A stretch of 64,000 nucleotides of DNA from Auanema rhodensis (lineage: Eukaryota > Animalia > Nematoda). Location: assembly GCA_964057225.1 (NCBI GenBank), contig OZ059898.1:5022001-5086000 (forward strand), given 5' to 3'. Under the pieces are notes generated by a model. The model was not told the origin of the DNA. It ran no database searches and saw only the letters and a program-made list of their open reading frames with translations. The translations under genes and the position numbers were made by a program. Of this stretch, positions 13,101 through 27,800 are shown one piece after another (the stretch's first letter is position 1; every line of letters begins with the position of its first letter).

Positions 13101-16100
13101 TATGATCGATTTATACGTGGAGTTTACCCGATGAACTTCTTCATGCTCTGGTATGTATGGCAGAGATGGAGTTGCACGAGCTCCTAATGGTGTATATCGA
13201 CGAGCTGCCGCACGAAGAGCATATGATGATGATTGCGGTTGTTGTTGATGTCGATTTACATGCTCGAGATAGAGCTGACGAAGACGTCGAACTGATAAAT
13301 ACGGCTGTCCCTCATCATCCTCATTAGCTAGATAGTCTGATGAAGTAGCCTCTGCCAGATCCATCATCCGTGGATCGGCTTCTAGCACATGAGAATATGC
13401 TCTGTAGTCAATAGAATACAGTAATGTAATAATGTAACTCACAAATAATATAGTTAGAAGTTACAATAATTATATGTATAAGTAAGTAGCAAAGTACTTA
13501 AAGTTCAACAGTAAACAATCAAGTAGAAGAAATAAACAGTGAAGCTGATGGAGCATTGAGCGTCAATGATAATTAGAAAAAAACAACAAAAAACAATGAA
13601 GTCTTGAAGCTATAAGATGTGTTTAATCATTAAATCGTTTTTGAATTTGAAACATGTGGATACGGACTAAGAAGCACAGGATGAAGCACGGGGATGATAG
13701 AAGACAACGACGAAAAGAAAGATGGAAAGCCAAAAGTAAACACAGAAGAGATCGAAGAAATGGAGGGAATCGTAGAGAGAAAATAGAAGATAGAGAGAGA
13801 GGTGAAGCAATATGAAGGAAAGAATTTCATTGGCTAGAAGCATGAGCAGAGGGTTACAGATTGAAAGCAAGACTAAGATAGAGAGAATGATTGAAGAGTA
13901 AAAAGAAAGAGAAGACAGAGAAGGAAAAATAGAAGCTGCCAGAGCTTGAGAAATGAGCGAATAAGAAAGAGGACAAGAATGTGGCTGACAAGAAGACTGA
14001 ACAGACGAGATGAAATGCTTGATGGCTCAGGTACTCATCGTTATCAGAATCATGATGGTGTACTCTGGACAAAAGAAAAATTTTCTAATAAAACTAAATT
14101 AAAGAAAATCAAGAAGTAAACAAAACTGTGTTTATATAAAGGTAAAGCTTAAATTTAAAATTTTTTTTTGGTTTTGATTTGCTTATGACGATAAGATTTT
14201 ATAATAATTAATATAGTTTGTATATGCTAAACTATAAAATTATATAGGTTATCATTGAAAGTTAAGGATACATCTCATATTGAGTGATTCGCTGATAATC
14301 CGATGAAGAGCAGGAGCAATTTAAGCAATGAGAAACGTCAAGAGGTTTAAACCACATAAATTTAAAGGATTAACAAATAGGATAAAACATTAGTTATAGT
14401 AAATATACAGATAATAATATAATATAATATTTTTGATAGAAATATAGAAAATAATACGTTATAAGAATTATAATGTAATGTGATTGATAATTCTAATTGA
14501 TTCTGTATATAGAATGAATGTAACAAGCTTTAAGCGTCGTGTGTATGTACACGCTGAGGTTTCGCGTGAGGAGTTATTCCTTCTCAGCTCCAGTCAGAGT
14601 GAAAGAGAAAAGAAAATTAGGTATGAAGAGGTGGAAAGATGGAGTGAATGAAAGCAGAACAAGATGATGGTACGAGGTAGGTAAGCAGGCTGAGAGACGA
14701 AAATGAAAGATGATTTCGGTTAGAAAGGTGGAAGAGGTCGAGCTATTTGACAGCTTGTAAATCACCTCAAGTGGTCGACGAGTTAAGATTGTCGCAGAGC
14801 TGCCGACGATAAACTCCACGAAAGCAACAGACAAAGTTCTTACAAACGTACGGTTATACAAGATAATCGGATTAAATCTGATAATGATTTAACTTGTAAA
14901 TCTGTTGAGTTTGGATAGCAAATGGGTTTGATGACTAATGACGTTTTGCGAGATACCTCTAACACGACTGCTGTCAGAGTGATGAGGAACATCCGCACAA
15001 TGCTATATCGAACGAGAGAGCACACTAACATAAAACCTTTTGTTGGAGTCAATCTCAAGTTGTTCATTATTTTCATTTAAAATATTTAATTTAGTTTTTA
15101 CTAATCATGTATACTTAACTGAAGAAATAAACTAACAACAAAGTTATATTATTCAATACAGTTATTGATTTCATATAACATTCTATTGTATATGTTTAAA
15201 CTATTTTTTTTTCATTTTCTATTATATAATTAGAAATTTAAATAATTAGAAAGATCAATAGTTAAGTTTATCATCAAAAGTTTCAACAAGCTTGCATGCC
15301 TAAACCTTGTTGAAATTGTGACCAATCATATTCTAAACGAATCAAGCTTGATGTTGTATGTTTTCTCTTGTGTTTCGTGACGTTCACGAATAAGCGTTCG
15401 GCGGATCTGCTCTTCTCTATCGGCTACATTTGCATTTCTTGTTCAATGTTAGCTGATGATTAGAACATATTTATATAAGCTTGTAGTTTTTTAATTTGTT
15501 TCAAGGATATAAAGAAGATATGTGCATGCACATACATATATATAATATATTGAATAAACAATATTATTACTTCAATATAGTTAACTCATTGATTGTGAAA
15601 ATGAGCTTAAACTTTGAAGAACCAACTGGTCAACCTGTTGATTAGACACTACATGAAGGCATTAAGCTACGTAGTCAGTCGTTCAAACAATCGCAAATGA
15701 CGAAAACGCCCACTAATCTGAGAAATACACAATTACTTTTCTCCGACTGTACCGGAAAACCGTTTTAGGCTTCCAGTATAAAACGATAATGGTCTATACC
15801 ACTTCATGTTTAAAGGGATCTCCACATTTATTATGATTATTTTTAAAGGAAATATATAATAAATTAAATAATTATAATAAATATATATGAAACATACTGA
15901 ATATTTAGTCAGATGGAATTCTTTTCTCAATTGCCAGTGTAATGGGTCTGCATTCTTCGGTCGCTGACTATCCTATAATATAATATTTTAAAAATTAATT
16001 ATTATAAACTTAGATTTGAAGAAATTCTTATTAAAATATTAATCATAATTATTTAATTTATATTAATTATATAACATACTGCATGTATGATAAATAGCAG

Positions 16101-19100
16101 ATTTTCTTTTCAAGAACAGTGCTTCCCAGCCTTTTTTTATTACAAATACATTTAATTATTTATTTTATGTATTATTTAGATTGGCACTTTCAATGATATA
16201 GGAAAACAAAAGAAATTATTGATTGGATTTTCATCATATATGATCCTGAAGAAGAAAATCGGCTTCAATGGTCAGAATGTTTGCAGAAGAAGGAAAAGCA
16301 GACCGAGAGAATGACAAGACTACGTTCTCTGCCTGACTAGCAATTCATAATGATCCTCACTCACCTATCCTTCTTCTGGCTAATGAAACTATTTGCAAAA
16401 AAAATCTTCAAATCTGGTCAAACACGAAAATCTCAAAACAAATTTTCCAAATTAATCAATAGAAATAAGATTGGAAGAGGGAGGGGTTGATCAAATAATT
16501 TGCTGTACATGTTATATACAAAATAAAAATTAATTAATTATAATTAAATAATTAGAAAATGAAACACAATATAATTATAAAAATCAATAAGAAATATTAA
16601 TTTTTTTTAAGTTGTGATCAAAGTTTAAAGTTAAAACTTAAAATATAAATATTTGTATTGGAAAAACAATATTGTAAGATGATTCATACGGGAATACATT
16701 TGATGGAAAGACGTTTTTCTGTCAGGCTGATTTAGTAGAAACACCTTGCGTGGGATTGTATGGGAACTGGGCAATGTGAGGCTTGAGACGAGCAGATCTT
16801 CCCGATCTTTGCTGAGCGCTCGTCGGCGCCAAGGAATGAGGAGCATTCGAAATCTTCATCTATCTGAGAGCTCTACTATCGACACACTATTTTCATGAAC
16901 TGTATTACTGTCTGATTTCTCGGTGTGCTCGGAGTGAGAAACAGAAATTGTAAGAATCAAGTGATAGATAGTGTGACAGTAAATGAATATGAAGAGAGCA
17001 ACATTTTGACAGACAGATCGGATGAGAGAAAACGAACGAAGTTGAATGAAGATATAGGATAATTCTTAAAATGATGGAAGAAGGTGCTGAAGAACGAGCA
17101 CGAGATAGAAAGGATATAGAACGAAGAGTAAGAAATTGAGGAAGACATGAAGATGCATCACACAGCGAAGTGCTTGATTGGAAAGAAGCCGACGCTAAAT
17201 AGATAGCCAACACCACTTTCGAGACCAGAGAAAATAACTTTTTCTCATCACCGTCTGCGAGCAGACAATAAGCTAAAATATGAAAATACTTACGGCATCT
17301 AGTAAATCACGTGGAAGTGATATTGAAGGTCCTCTAGGAGATAGAACATCAACTGATTTATGTCTTTTCAGAGAATTCGATTCTTTGGTACTATCAAGAT
17401 ATCGATTTGTTCTCATTTTAATTAGCCAACCATTATCTTTTGGAGCACTTGATGGCGGTTGTGGACTCTGAAAAACAAAAAAAAATATAAAATGAGTTAC
17501 TAAAAAAAAGACAAAAACAATTGCTCCCGGTGAGGCTCGAACTCACGACCTTCAGATTATGAGACTGACGCGCTGCCTACTGCGCTACGGAAGCACGATA
17601 AGGCTATCCCTACTTTGCAATAAGTAGTATAGCAAATTGTAAGCGAGGAATTTTGTAGAAAATTAATAACGTACTGGGTTTTGTCGTTCATATTCTTCTG
17701 GACTGAGTAAATGGAGATCTTGCATAGATGTTGCACGTGTTCTCTAAATTTATTTATATTTTTTAAGCTATTTTTAACTGTTTTTTTAAGTAACAAGGGA
17801 GACCAGTATCAAAAAAATCCGTTTTAGTTAATTTCATAGTAAAACTGACCTGGTTCACTTCTGATTTAATAGCTGGAAAAAGGTAGAAGCCAAGGAGAGA
17901 AGAGAAGTAGTATAGCCAGGTGAAGGGGTCAGAGGCATTCCGTTCAAGGGTTTTTTTTTTTGAAAGATTTATCTCCCAATTTGGGATATTTAACATAAAG
18001 AAAGATCGGACGGACAAGAAGCACAGGGTATGGACATTAACGCTCACATACATAGTTAAACTCAGCAAGACAAACATATAGATAAACGGAAGAACAGGGA
18101 CGACATAAAGATGGACTGAACAACGATAAACATACCTTTTGAAGAGTTTCAATTGACTGAAAATAAAATTTCGTAAAAAATACTTTTTTTGAATTGGTTA
18201 CCTTTCTGATATGTTCCAATTCTCTCATGCTTTCATCATCATTCTTTGGCTAAAACAATTATTAATATAGGATAAATCTTTGTTTTTCAACCTTTGGTCC
18301 TGGCCAGCCAGGCTTGTTCCATGGCTTGTTGGCATCAGATTCTCTGGCTTTCAAGTATTCCCGAAGACGGGAAGCTTCCATATCGCGATGTCTCTCAACG
18401 CTTTCCGTGAGGTAGTTACTCGTCGTGATTGGGCGAGATTCTACGCTCTGGAACAGAAATATGTTTCTCATTATCAAATATTCACTGATACCTTGAACCG
18501 TCTCTGTTCTAGCGGCTCCAATTTAATGAGACTGCGTTTTGAGTGTGACGATGGAAAATCATCAGCAAGTTGACGTTTAGCTTCAGGTAAAGTAGTGGAG
18601 CTATATGGCATATTAGCATTTGATTGAACTTTAGGATCAATAATAGTTTGCTTATAGTCCTCGTGCCTCATACTGACCTGAAAGACAAAAATAACAAATT
18701 TCCACAAAGATCATTCGAAAAAATAATTTTCATTGAGATACATTGGAGAGAATTAACAACATCAGAAAAAAAATAATTTACCTTATAATCTCCTTTTTCA
18801 TTTGGGAGATAACCAGTCTTCCCTAGGTTTAGTTCCGATTTCTTAAATTAAAAACATGAAATAATCAGCGTTTGAACAGCCTAAGCTGCACATAATATTT
18901 TGACATACCGGTTTTCCTTCACCAATTTTATAGTTTGGTGTAATTCCTATGACATTTCCTTCACGAGCTTGGCCCTCTTTGGTTTGAGGATGATCTTCCT
19001 ATGATGATTATATAATTAGATAAATGAAGTAAATACATTGATCTGAGAATAAAATCATTGTATTGTCTCTGGCTTTGAAATTTTAGTCGTCACTCTCAAC

Positions 19101-21773
19101 TCACAAATATTTGTAATTTTTGACGAAAAGTTTGTGAAAATCGTGCCGGTTTAACAGCCGCAGTCATTTGTTCCAAATCTAATTGGATGTTCTAGACTGT
19201 AAAAATATATTAACTGTCATAATCAGCATAATATCTAACATTTAAAAGAAATATGGAAAAAAACTGCAGAACATTGCATTCTAGCACATTTGTCGGTAGT
19301 AAAGCCAAAAAATCATTGTTACTACAGTTTCATGGTCAGATCATAAAACTGACAAAATTGAAGAAATGACCCAAAATAAAGTAAAGAAATAGAGATATTG
19401 GACAAGAAAATGAGAATGTTCGGCGATGAAATATATAAGATACAAAAACTATGGTGAAACGTTGTAGAAGAACGAATTCAACTTAGAGATCAAGACTGAA
19501 TCTGTACCTCGGACGCCCTCTGTTTTAGGGGTCTGGAGGGGTAAACCTCGAAATGACCTCGTCTACTTTTCACGTAGGCGTCAGAGCAGCGGGTGGTATT
19601 GAATAATTTTTGGTCACAAATATTAAAATAGAAAAACAAACAATAAAAATTATTCAGTTAACTAGCAGTTTATAATAACTTAAAAAGATTTCAAAATAAA
19701 TTAAAAAGTAAGTGGATTGACCGGACTATATGCTATGCTATAATCACACAATGTTTCCACATGAATAGGTAGCTAAGCTAGATAGTACATGCATAGAAGA
19801 AACTAATGATTAATAAGACAATCTGTTTGAAAATAACATGAATGACGTCCAGTCTACACTGTTCAACTATGAGGAAAGTTTGTGAAAAACGCCTTGCTAA
19901 TCGATGATTGTCAAAATGAAAATTATAGAATAGATTTGGAAACAATTGAATTAATCGTTCTAGCAGGACAAGTAGATTCGAGATAGAAATCTATGAAAAG
20001 CAAGCGCACTCTCTCCTGTATTGTTTCATAGGCTAATAGCCCTCAGGCATTTGATTCATCAAATAAGGCATAATACAATAATATAATGAAAGCGGATGCA
20101 TATCAGCCAATATTTTGACAAAAACAATTATGAATCTAACATAGGATTCATACAATTAAAATCAATGAGATCATATGTTACAAACGTTAATTGCTATGTT
20201 AGGTTATGTAACCTCGAAATGGAACCCGTTGCAATAGCATCTAGTATATATTTGTTCAGACTTATACTCTCATCAAACTCTTAGTTAGCATATTTCATCT
20301 TGTATAACTATTCAATCAATTTTCAACAGCATTTGATTGAAATTGGATAGTTAACTATGGTGTCTTGTGATCAAATCAACTCCACCCATATAAGGATCTC
20401 ATGCCAAATTTCATGTCTAAAACCAGTCAAGGCGACACTTCGATGCCAATTGACATGGAAAACTGTCAAGACAATATAGCCTATGCTGCTGGGTGTGGCA
20501 CATTCCTCCAACTTTCACGTTGTCATGAAACAGCCTTCTATAATGCCTCGCTGGTTTGTACCAAACCTCGTATGGGCCCTTTCTCTCATCATCTTTCCCT
20601 CCCTCTTATTCGATATTTTCTGACTTTCTCTCTCTCTTTGTCTCTCTCCTTGTCAATTCTGCCTTAGCATTTCCGAGGCGTGGCTATACTGATGAAAGCC
20701 ATACAAACTCTTTCATTAGAAAAGAAAGGTAATTCTGAGAGGAATTATATAAGGAGAGTTGAGAGAAAAAAGATAACCGGTTTGTTAAAGAGAAATACAA
20801 GAGAACTGAGAAGAAAAGAATGAACGAGAAATGAGTTTGAACAGTTAGGATATAACTGAATAGTTAAACGATGAATAGAACAGTTATATAAATTAAATAT
20901 TTATATTCATACTATATGAATATTTTGAATATTTAGATTTTTTCTTTGATACCATTGACTATCAGTGCAATTCATTCTTTAACTATTTGAATTTTCTTTA
21001 CTTGATTGAGCTATCAATCTACAGAACTTGATTAACTATGTTGAAAGGTTAAGAGAGGAGCGGATAAGAAGACGTAGATCATACATATAATTATATAATA
21101 GATCATTTCTCAAGATGGCGTAAGCTAAAGCCAGAAAACAGGATCGATCACCGAAATAGCTGAATCAGATAATGTCTAGCTGGATGTAATCGAGATTTGT
21201 ATGCATGGTATGTTGGCTAGGGGACGAGGATAGGCGGATGGATGACGGCTAGATTCCGCGGACAATTATACGGAAACCTTTTTGAATTAAAATTTCTCAA
21301 CATAAAAAGAAGGATGGCAATGAATGTGATCAAAAAAGAAAAAAAAAGAAAATATAAATAAAATTTGAAAAGAAAAATAATATTGAGTTATGATAATTTA
21401 TATTTTATGATATAATATACTATATAACTTTTATATTATACATCTAAACTATATCATATAAATGTATATTAGTTATAGAGATTATGACAGAACTGTATAA
21501 AAGAAATGACAAACAAATAATTGTGCCAATGTCAATCTCTTTATCTTGTCCAAAATTATAATCGGAAGTAAAATGAATAGAGGACAGTTACTGGATAATC
21601 GGTGGCCGCCTTGCTTTCCCCCTTTTACCTGTAACAACGTACTAGTTCTCATCAATTTAATTTCTACAGCGTTAATATGGAACTATCTCATTCTATGCTA
21701 TTCAATGTCTAATCATTGCCTTTCATTTCACTACTTGTCTCCTTTTCACTCCTTTTCACTCATTTTTTGTCTT

Positions 21774-21836
<63 letters not shown>

Positions 21837-24800
21837 AATGTATGAAGATGTGTACAACGACTTTACTTTTTGAACAGCTAATGGTAACATTTCAATCTTT
21901 GCTGAACCTTGTTCTAGATAGTTAGAAAGGAAAAGCTAAAAGTGTTGTCAACAACAGCTGATTCTGAATATGCAAATAGTAACGTCATCTAGATATTTTA
22001 CTCTTTCAAGGTTATATCTCTCAGCCACATAAAACCATATTAAGTACAGTGCAAAGTTTTCAATGCAATACTTTCCAAATCATATTGTTTTCTCTTCAAT
22101 TAATCGAGAGCCGATCATAAATTATCTGATTACTATTATATCAGATGATGTAATAAATAAGAAAAGAAAAAGAAGAAGAAACAATAACTTTGAACGTTAT
22201 AAGATATAGAATAACAAGATTTCAATGTTTCCCATTTTATAAAACGTTCTCTTTAATGTTTTTTTTCAATAATCATATCTTACTCGCTGACACTTTACTT
22301 CGTAAGCTTTGTTTAAGCGATCAAGACAGAAATGAACAGAGAACAGTAGAGATATAAAACGAGAGATAAATACATGTATTCCAATGCTTAAGAGAAAGAA
22401 AGAAAAAGAAATTAGACCATTTCGTATACAACTAATCATTCTCAATCAAATGTTACATATCAATTCTTCTTTTTTTCTCTTGATTATATTAACTATTTCT
22501 GATATAGTTCAATGAAATGACCAAACAATAGTTGGCAATCAAAGTACGCCAAATCAGTTATAGTAATGAAATGTCGGAACTGTAGCATGCAAAATAGACA
22601 AGGAAATGAAGAAGCCAGTTGTATCGTAACTAAGTAGTAGAAAAGGCGAACTGGAAATAACGTTTTTGTCTCTCTCTCCCTCTCTCTTTCCCTCTCTCTC
22701 AAATCTCTGTCTATCACTTTTTCCTTTTCTCTTTTAGTCGCATTTTTAATCAACTAAAGCCGAGACAAGTGAGAAGTATACGGTAGATAAGAACAGTATA
22801 AACGTACCGGTCCGGGTGGTGTGCCTTCCTCTTTCTTGACCAATGGAGTTGACCATCTCTTTACAGAAGTTTCAGATTCTATGACTGATGTCATGGTTGA
22901 CCAAACGGTTGTGGGATGTGCTGAAGGTGGTGGCGGTGGTGGCGGCGGTACACTTGGCTTGACAGCTGCACCTGGATGTGGTTGCTGAACTTCAGAAGAG
23001 GATGAAGTAAGATCGGCTGCTACGGTCACCTCAAGAGGGCGAACGAATACCGAAATCGACTCTGAAAAACAAAAAAATTAAGTATAATATTTATAATTTA
23101 ATGAAATTATATGAAAAATAGGAAATATGCAAATAGAATAGAAGAGTGTGTTTTTTTTTTTATATCATTTATAAAATATATAATATATAATAATGAATCC
23201 AAATTAAGAAATAAAATCAGTGAATGATTATATATATATTCAACTTAGTTTTTATATAATAATTTATAAATAAAATATAATAATATGATTGTAAATATTT
23301 GAAGAATAACACTTATGTAGCGTGAAATTTGTAATCAAAACTCTAGTTGGAAACAAAATTGTGGGCTGAATGGTATAAATCAGCAACGAAAAACTGTTTT
23401 CTACACTATCATTTCGATCCGACAGTATTTTCCTGTCAAGAATCGAAAAGTGATTATGAATTCGGGAAAAAAAACAAGAATATAGCAAGAGAAGAGTGAA
23501 AACATAAATTGATGATAGGTGAGTGGGCAATGGCTCATATTCGATATACGAATTAAGATGATAATGAAATCTAGAGGACAAGAAAACTTTGCTATCAGGA
23601 TATCATATTCAGAAGAAAAACTTATAGAGAAGAGAAAAGAAGAAATGGAAATGAATGAAGAAAAGACTGTGAAAAAAAAATTAAAAAACTGAAGTATGTC
23701 GTATATCAAAGAATCATAATGTGAGAATAAGAATAATTATGATTACAGAAAGGAGAAGCTGCCAAATAATATCAAGAGGGTAAAACATGAGAACAGAATA
23801 GATGGGAGGGGACAGAAGGAGGAGAGAAATGACAAGAAATGGTTGATAATGATGATAAAGGTAGTTGATTGGTTCCAGCTGCTTACGCTGCCCCCCCCCC
23901 CCTCTCTCTCTCCCAACCTCTTGTTCAATTTCTCATTCTCTTATTGTTTCTCCGACTCTTTCTCCCTTACTGATATTGTAGCTTTTCTTTCTTTTTCTTT
24001 CTCTATTTCTCTATATAGCAATTCTCCTAGTCTATTTCTTTCTTATATTTCCCCTCTTCTTAGTCTATCTCGTCATCATCTATGGAATTGTTGGTGATTA
24101 TTAGTGATAGGAACAAGAACGAGTTCTTCAAAAAATGGCATTACTAGTGATAGAGAAGAGATCTGACGACTGGAAAAAAGGAAACCTGATGATGAAAAGA
24201 TAAGTTGGTAGAGAATCGTACGCACGATCATCAAGATTCTACGCAAAAGCTTCTTCTTCTTCTTCTTCTTCTTCTTCATTATTCAATCAACGCAACAAAG
24301 TAAGAAAAAAGAACGATTATAAGTTAAAAGGAAGGCAAGAAAAGAAGAAAGAAAGGTAAAAAGAAAGTTGTTTGTGTGAGGAACTAATGAAGATATAAGT
24401 TGAGAAGAGTAGAAACGTTCGTTATTAGATTGGAACGGTTTATAATCAGACGAGAAGAATCAGAGAAATACTCAAACATGTCGTTGTTATGCTCTTTGAC
24501 CTTTTATTTTCAGTTTCATCAAATAAGCTTTAATAAATAGAGAAAAAAAAACAAAAACAAAAAACTATTTAGTTTTGTCAGTTTTGTTTATTTTTCAATT
24601 TCTTTTTGGACGACAACAAACTGTTTCAAATATGTAATTTGAAACAGTCGTTTTATAATGAAATGATAATGAAAAATAGAATACTATAGATCATTAGTTG
24701 AAAAATGGTATAGTTTAATAGTCTTTTTCGTTATTCACCTAGAAAGGTAGAAAGGACCACGCCTTTTACAAAGTAAAAGAGAAGGTGTTGTCCGATTTTA

Positions 24801-27800
24801 GTTGTCTTTAATAAGTGTGAGAGAAACACTAAAATCCAGGAAAAAAATAGAACGACCAACTATCATACAAAACGAGAAAAGGAAATAGATAGATGAAGAG
24901 AGAGAAAGAGAAATATAGAAAATGAGGAAATAGAAAGAGGCAACAAAGACAAGTCGCAAAATAAACATCCAAATATAACAAGGTGTTGTCTTTTTTTTAG
25001 AATTGAGAAAAAAAACTAGCTGTCTCCTTTTCTAGGTACATCATGGCAAAAACTACAATCACATTGTGATGATGCAACAGTTTTTTTTTCTCGGTTGTTT
25101 GGTCATTGGATTTCTCCATTATCAAAACATATTATATCTACTCACAAAAAAAACCTCTCCTTTTAAATGATTTTGAACGTATTAGGAAATTATATATAAC
25201 AGATTATACTAAATAAAATTATTATATATTAAAGAAAACAAATTCAATCTTATTGATGATAACAATTTGATACTAGAATTGTATTTGTTTCAAGTTTGAC
25301 TTTATCGATGAAAATGAAATTGATTGCCTAATGATTATTGAATATATAGTAATATATAGTATATAAATAAGTTAATTTCAAAATAATACTGATTATTTCA
25401 ATTGAATAGTGTGTTACGAAGCTATGCATATATATATATTCTAGAAAATGAAACAGAAAAGAAGCTCAGAGAGAAATCTATGCTGACGTCATGATTGGAG
25501 AGCGTTTACAGTCATGTAAGGCATGTATTCAAGCAGGGCAAACTCATATGTTGACATAGACGAATACACGAAGAGAAATCATACTGCCGATATAAATCAA
25601 AAAAGTGAAAAAGAGATTCACGAGGAAAAGAAAAGAACGAAATGCTATGTTCTTCTGAATTCTGACGACAATTTTGAGTTCAAAATTATATTTTCTACCA
25701 TGATTAGCAGTAAATGTCTTAATATTCGTAAACGTAGATGACCACGCGCATGATCACAGTTGAACAAAAGCCAATATTGGAAAAGAGAAGACCATTTCGG
25801 AAAAGGGCGTTGGATAAGATGGACTTTCATTCATCGGTTCGAATGAAAAACAAGAAAAAAATCAGAAAAAAAGGATTCAGATGAACTGAAGATGTGCAGA
25901 CGACCACGACAACGACGAATAAGAAAAAGAATGAGAACAGGTAATTCAGTTTGTGGTTTCACCCGACTAAACATTGGGTGTGGGAAGAGTGTTGGAAGTG
26001 GACGGGAAGAGACATGGTCGCAGGTAGATACAGATGCTTTCTCTCTCTTTCTTATCCATTTCTTCTATATTTCAAGAGAAATTTTAAAAATATAAATGAT
26101 TTAGCTTTTCAAATGTAAAAAAAACAAGGATAATATATCAAAATATCAAATATAATCATTGATATGATAGCAATATGTGTGGGCGCTAGATCTATTCCTC
26201 ATAATATATATTATACCAAAAGGGGGAGCATAATAACCCATTTCTATTACTATAAAATTACTTATATAGATAGAAAATGAACTAAGCATAACCTTAAAAT
26301 ATTGAATTCAATATAGAAGATAATAAAAGTAATTAATTCAACTGGCCTAAGCTAAGCTGGAGAAAAAAAGTTGCGTATAAATTAATTAAAAGCCTATCGT
26401 ATCTTGTGCCTTATGTACCAGATTGATGTGATCGTTTAAGGAAACGTTGTTGTGATACAGCAGTATGCAAGAAGGTTTTTCAGAAAAAAAAAAGATAGAA
26501 AAACGACAACTTAGACGTCGATGAAGAACCACGCCCAGCAAATTTAAGCAACAAGGTGGACAGCGTGCAAAGAAATCGAAGATAGAAAAAGAAAAATAGA
26601 GAAATGAACGAAGAATGAGAAAGACAGACATACAAAGAAGAAACAAGAGAGTTTAAAATAGAAAGAAATCCAGCCACAGATTCTTCTGTACATACGGTAA
26701 TGAGATTGTGTTGACAGATTAATTTGATAGAATTGTTGATAGATAATTACAAAATAAAATGATAAAATAAGAATAAAAATATTACGAATAAGAAAATAAA
26801 ATATAATAAGTAATACCTTGTATATTAAAGTTTCAAATAGTATACAGCCGTTCACTACATGATAGTAAAATGAAATGAAATTATTCACGTATGATTCAAA
26901 TATGAAATTAACGTGATATGATATTATTCAAATGACATCAAATAGTTATTGAAATTTAGAAAAAAATTATTCCAAAAAAAAAAAAGATTTTTTTTTATAA
27001 ATTAATGATTGTAAATAATAATTTAAAATTAAAATAATAATAATATAAATATCATATATATATTGTATAATTAAATATTATTGATTAAATATTATATATA
27101 GAAAACGTTATGACGAATATAATATAAATGATATTACATTATATGTAAATATATATATTTTGTATATAGTATTATTGAAAAATCAATATAAACTATAGAA
27201 AATATAACTATTTTTAAAAGAAACAAACAAAAACAAATAGTTTCTTTCAATTATATTATATAATTTAAACATTTTACTAAATATAGGCTAGAGCGATGGT
27301 TCTATTGGAGTTTATGGAATTTGATGAGTATTCATTTCGCTCTATTTTACAAAAAAAGAGAACTCGACTGACTAGTTTGACTTCAAACATTCATTCACCA
27401 ACATCTTCAGATAGAAGAACGATGAGTCAGGACGATACTGAGAATCATGTTCAGCCATCATCATCCTTGTCATCTGAAGCCTGTCCTCAATTTAAACGCC
27501 ATCATATGTATTTCCGGATGCAGAACGTTTTGGTGACGTCATAATAGTACAAAAAAAAATTTTTTTTATTCTCACGAATTCGAGGACAATAGCTCGATTG
27601 TAAGCGGAGCATGCATATGAAGTAATTGAATGTTCAATGTCAAAAAAACTATTCAGAAAACTGTTTTTATCAGCTTCAGAAGACTATCAGATAAAAAGAG
27701 AAAATGAAAAATATTTAATAGTATAAAAACTTATTAAATATATAAAAATATATATTATAATATAAAGTTATAAAAGTTAATTTTGGTAACATTCCTTCGT

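Noticed and set aside
19506-19610. Possible extra pat-12 exon ending RASE|GTACAG
   Set aside because: No in-frame ATG or good acceptor upstream
26344-26357. GCCTAAGCTAAGC resembling a telomerase RNA template or telomeric repeat
   Set aside because: Single short match with no array or supporting structure
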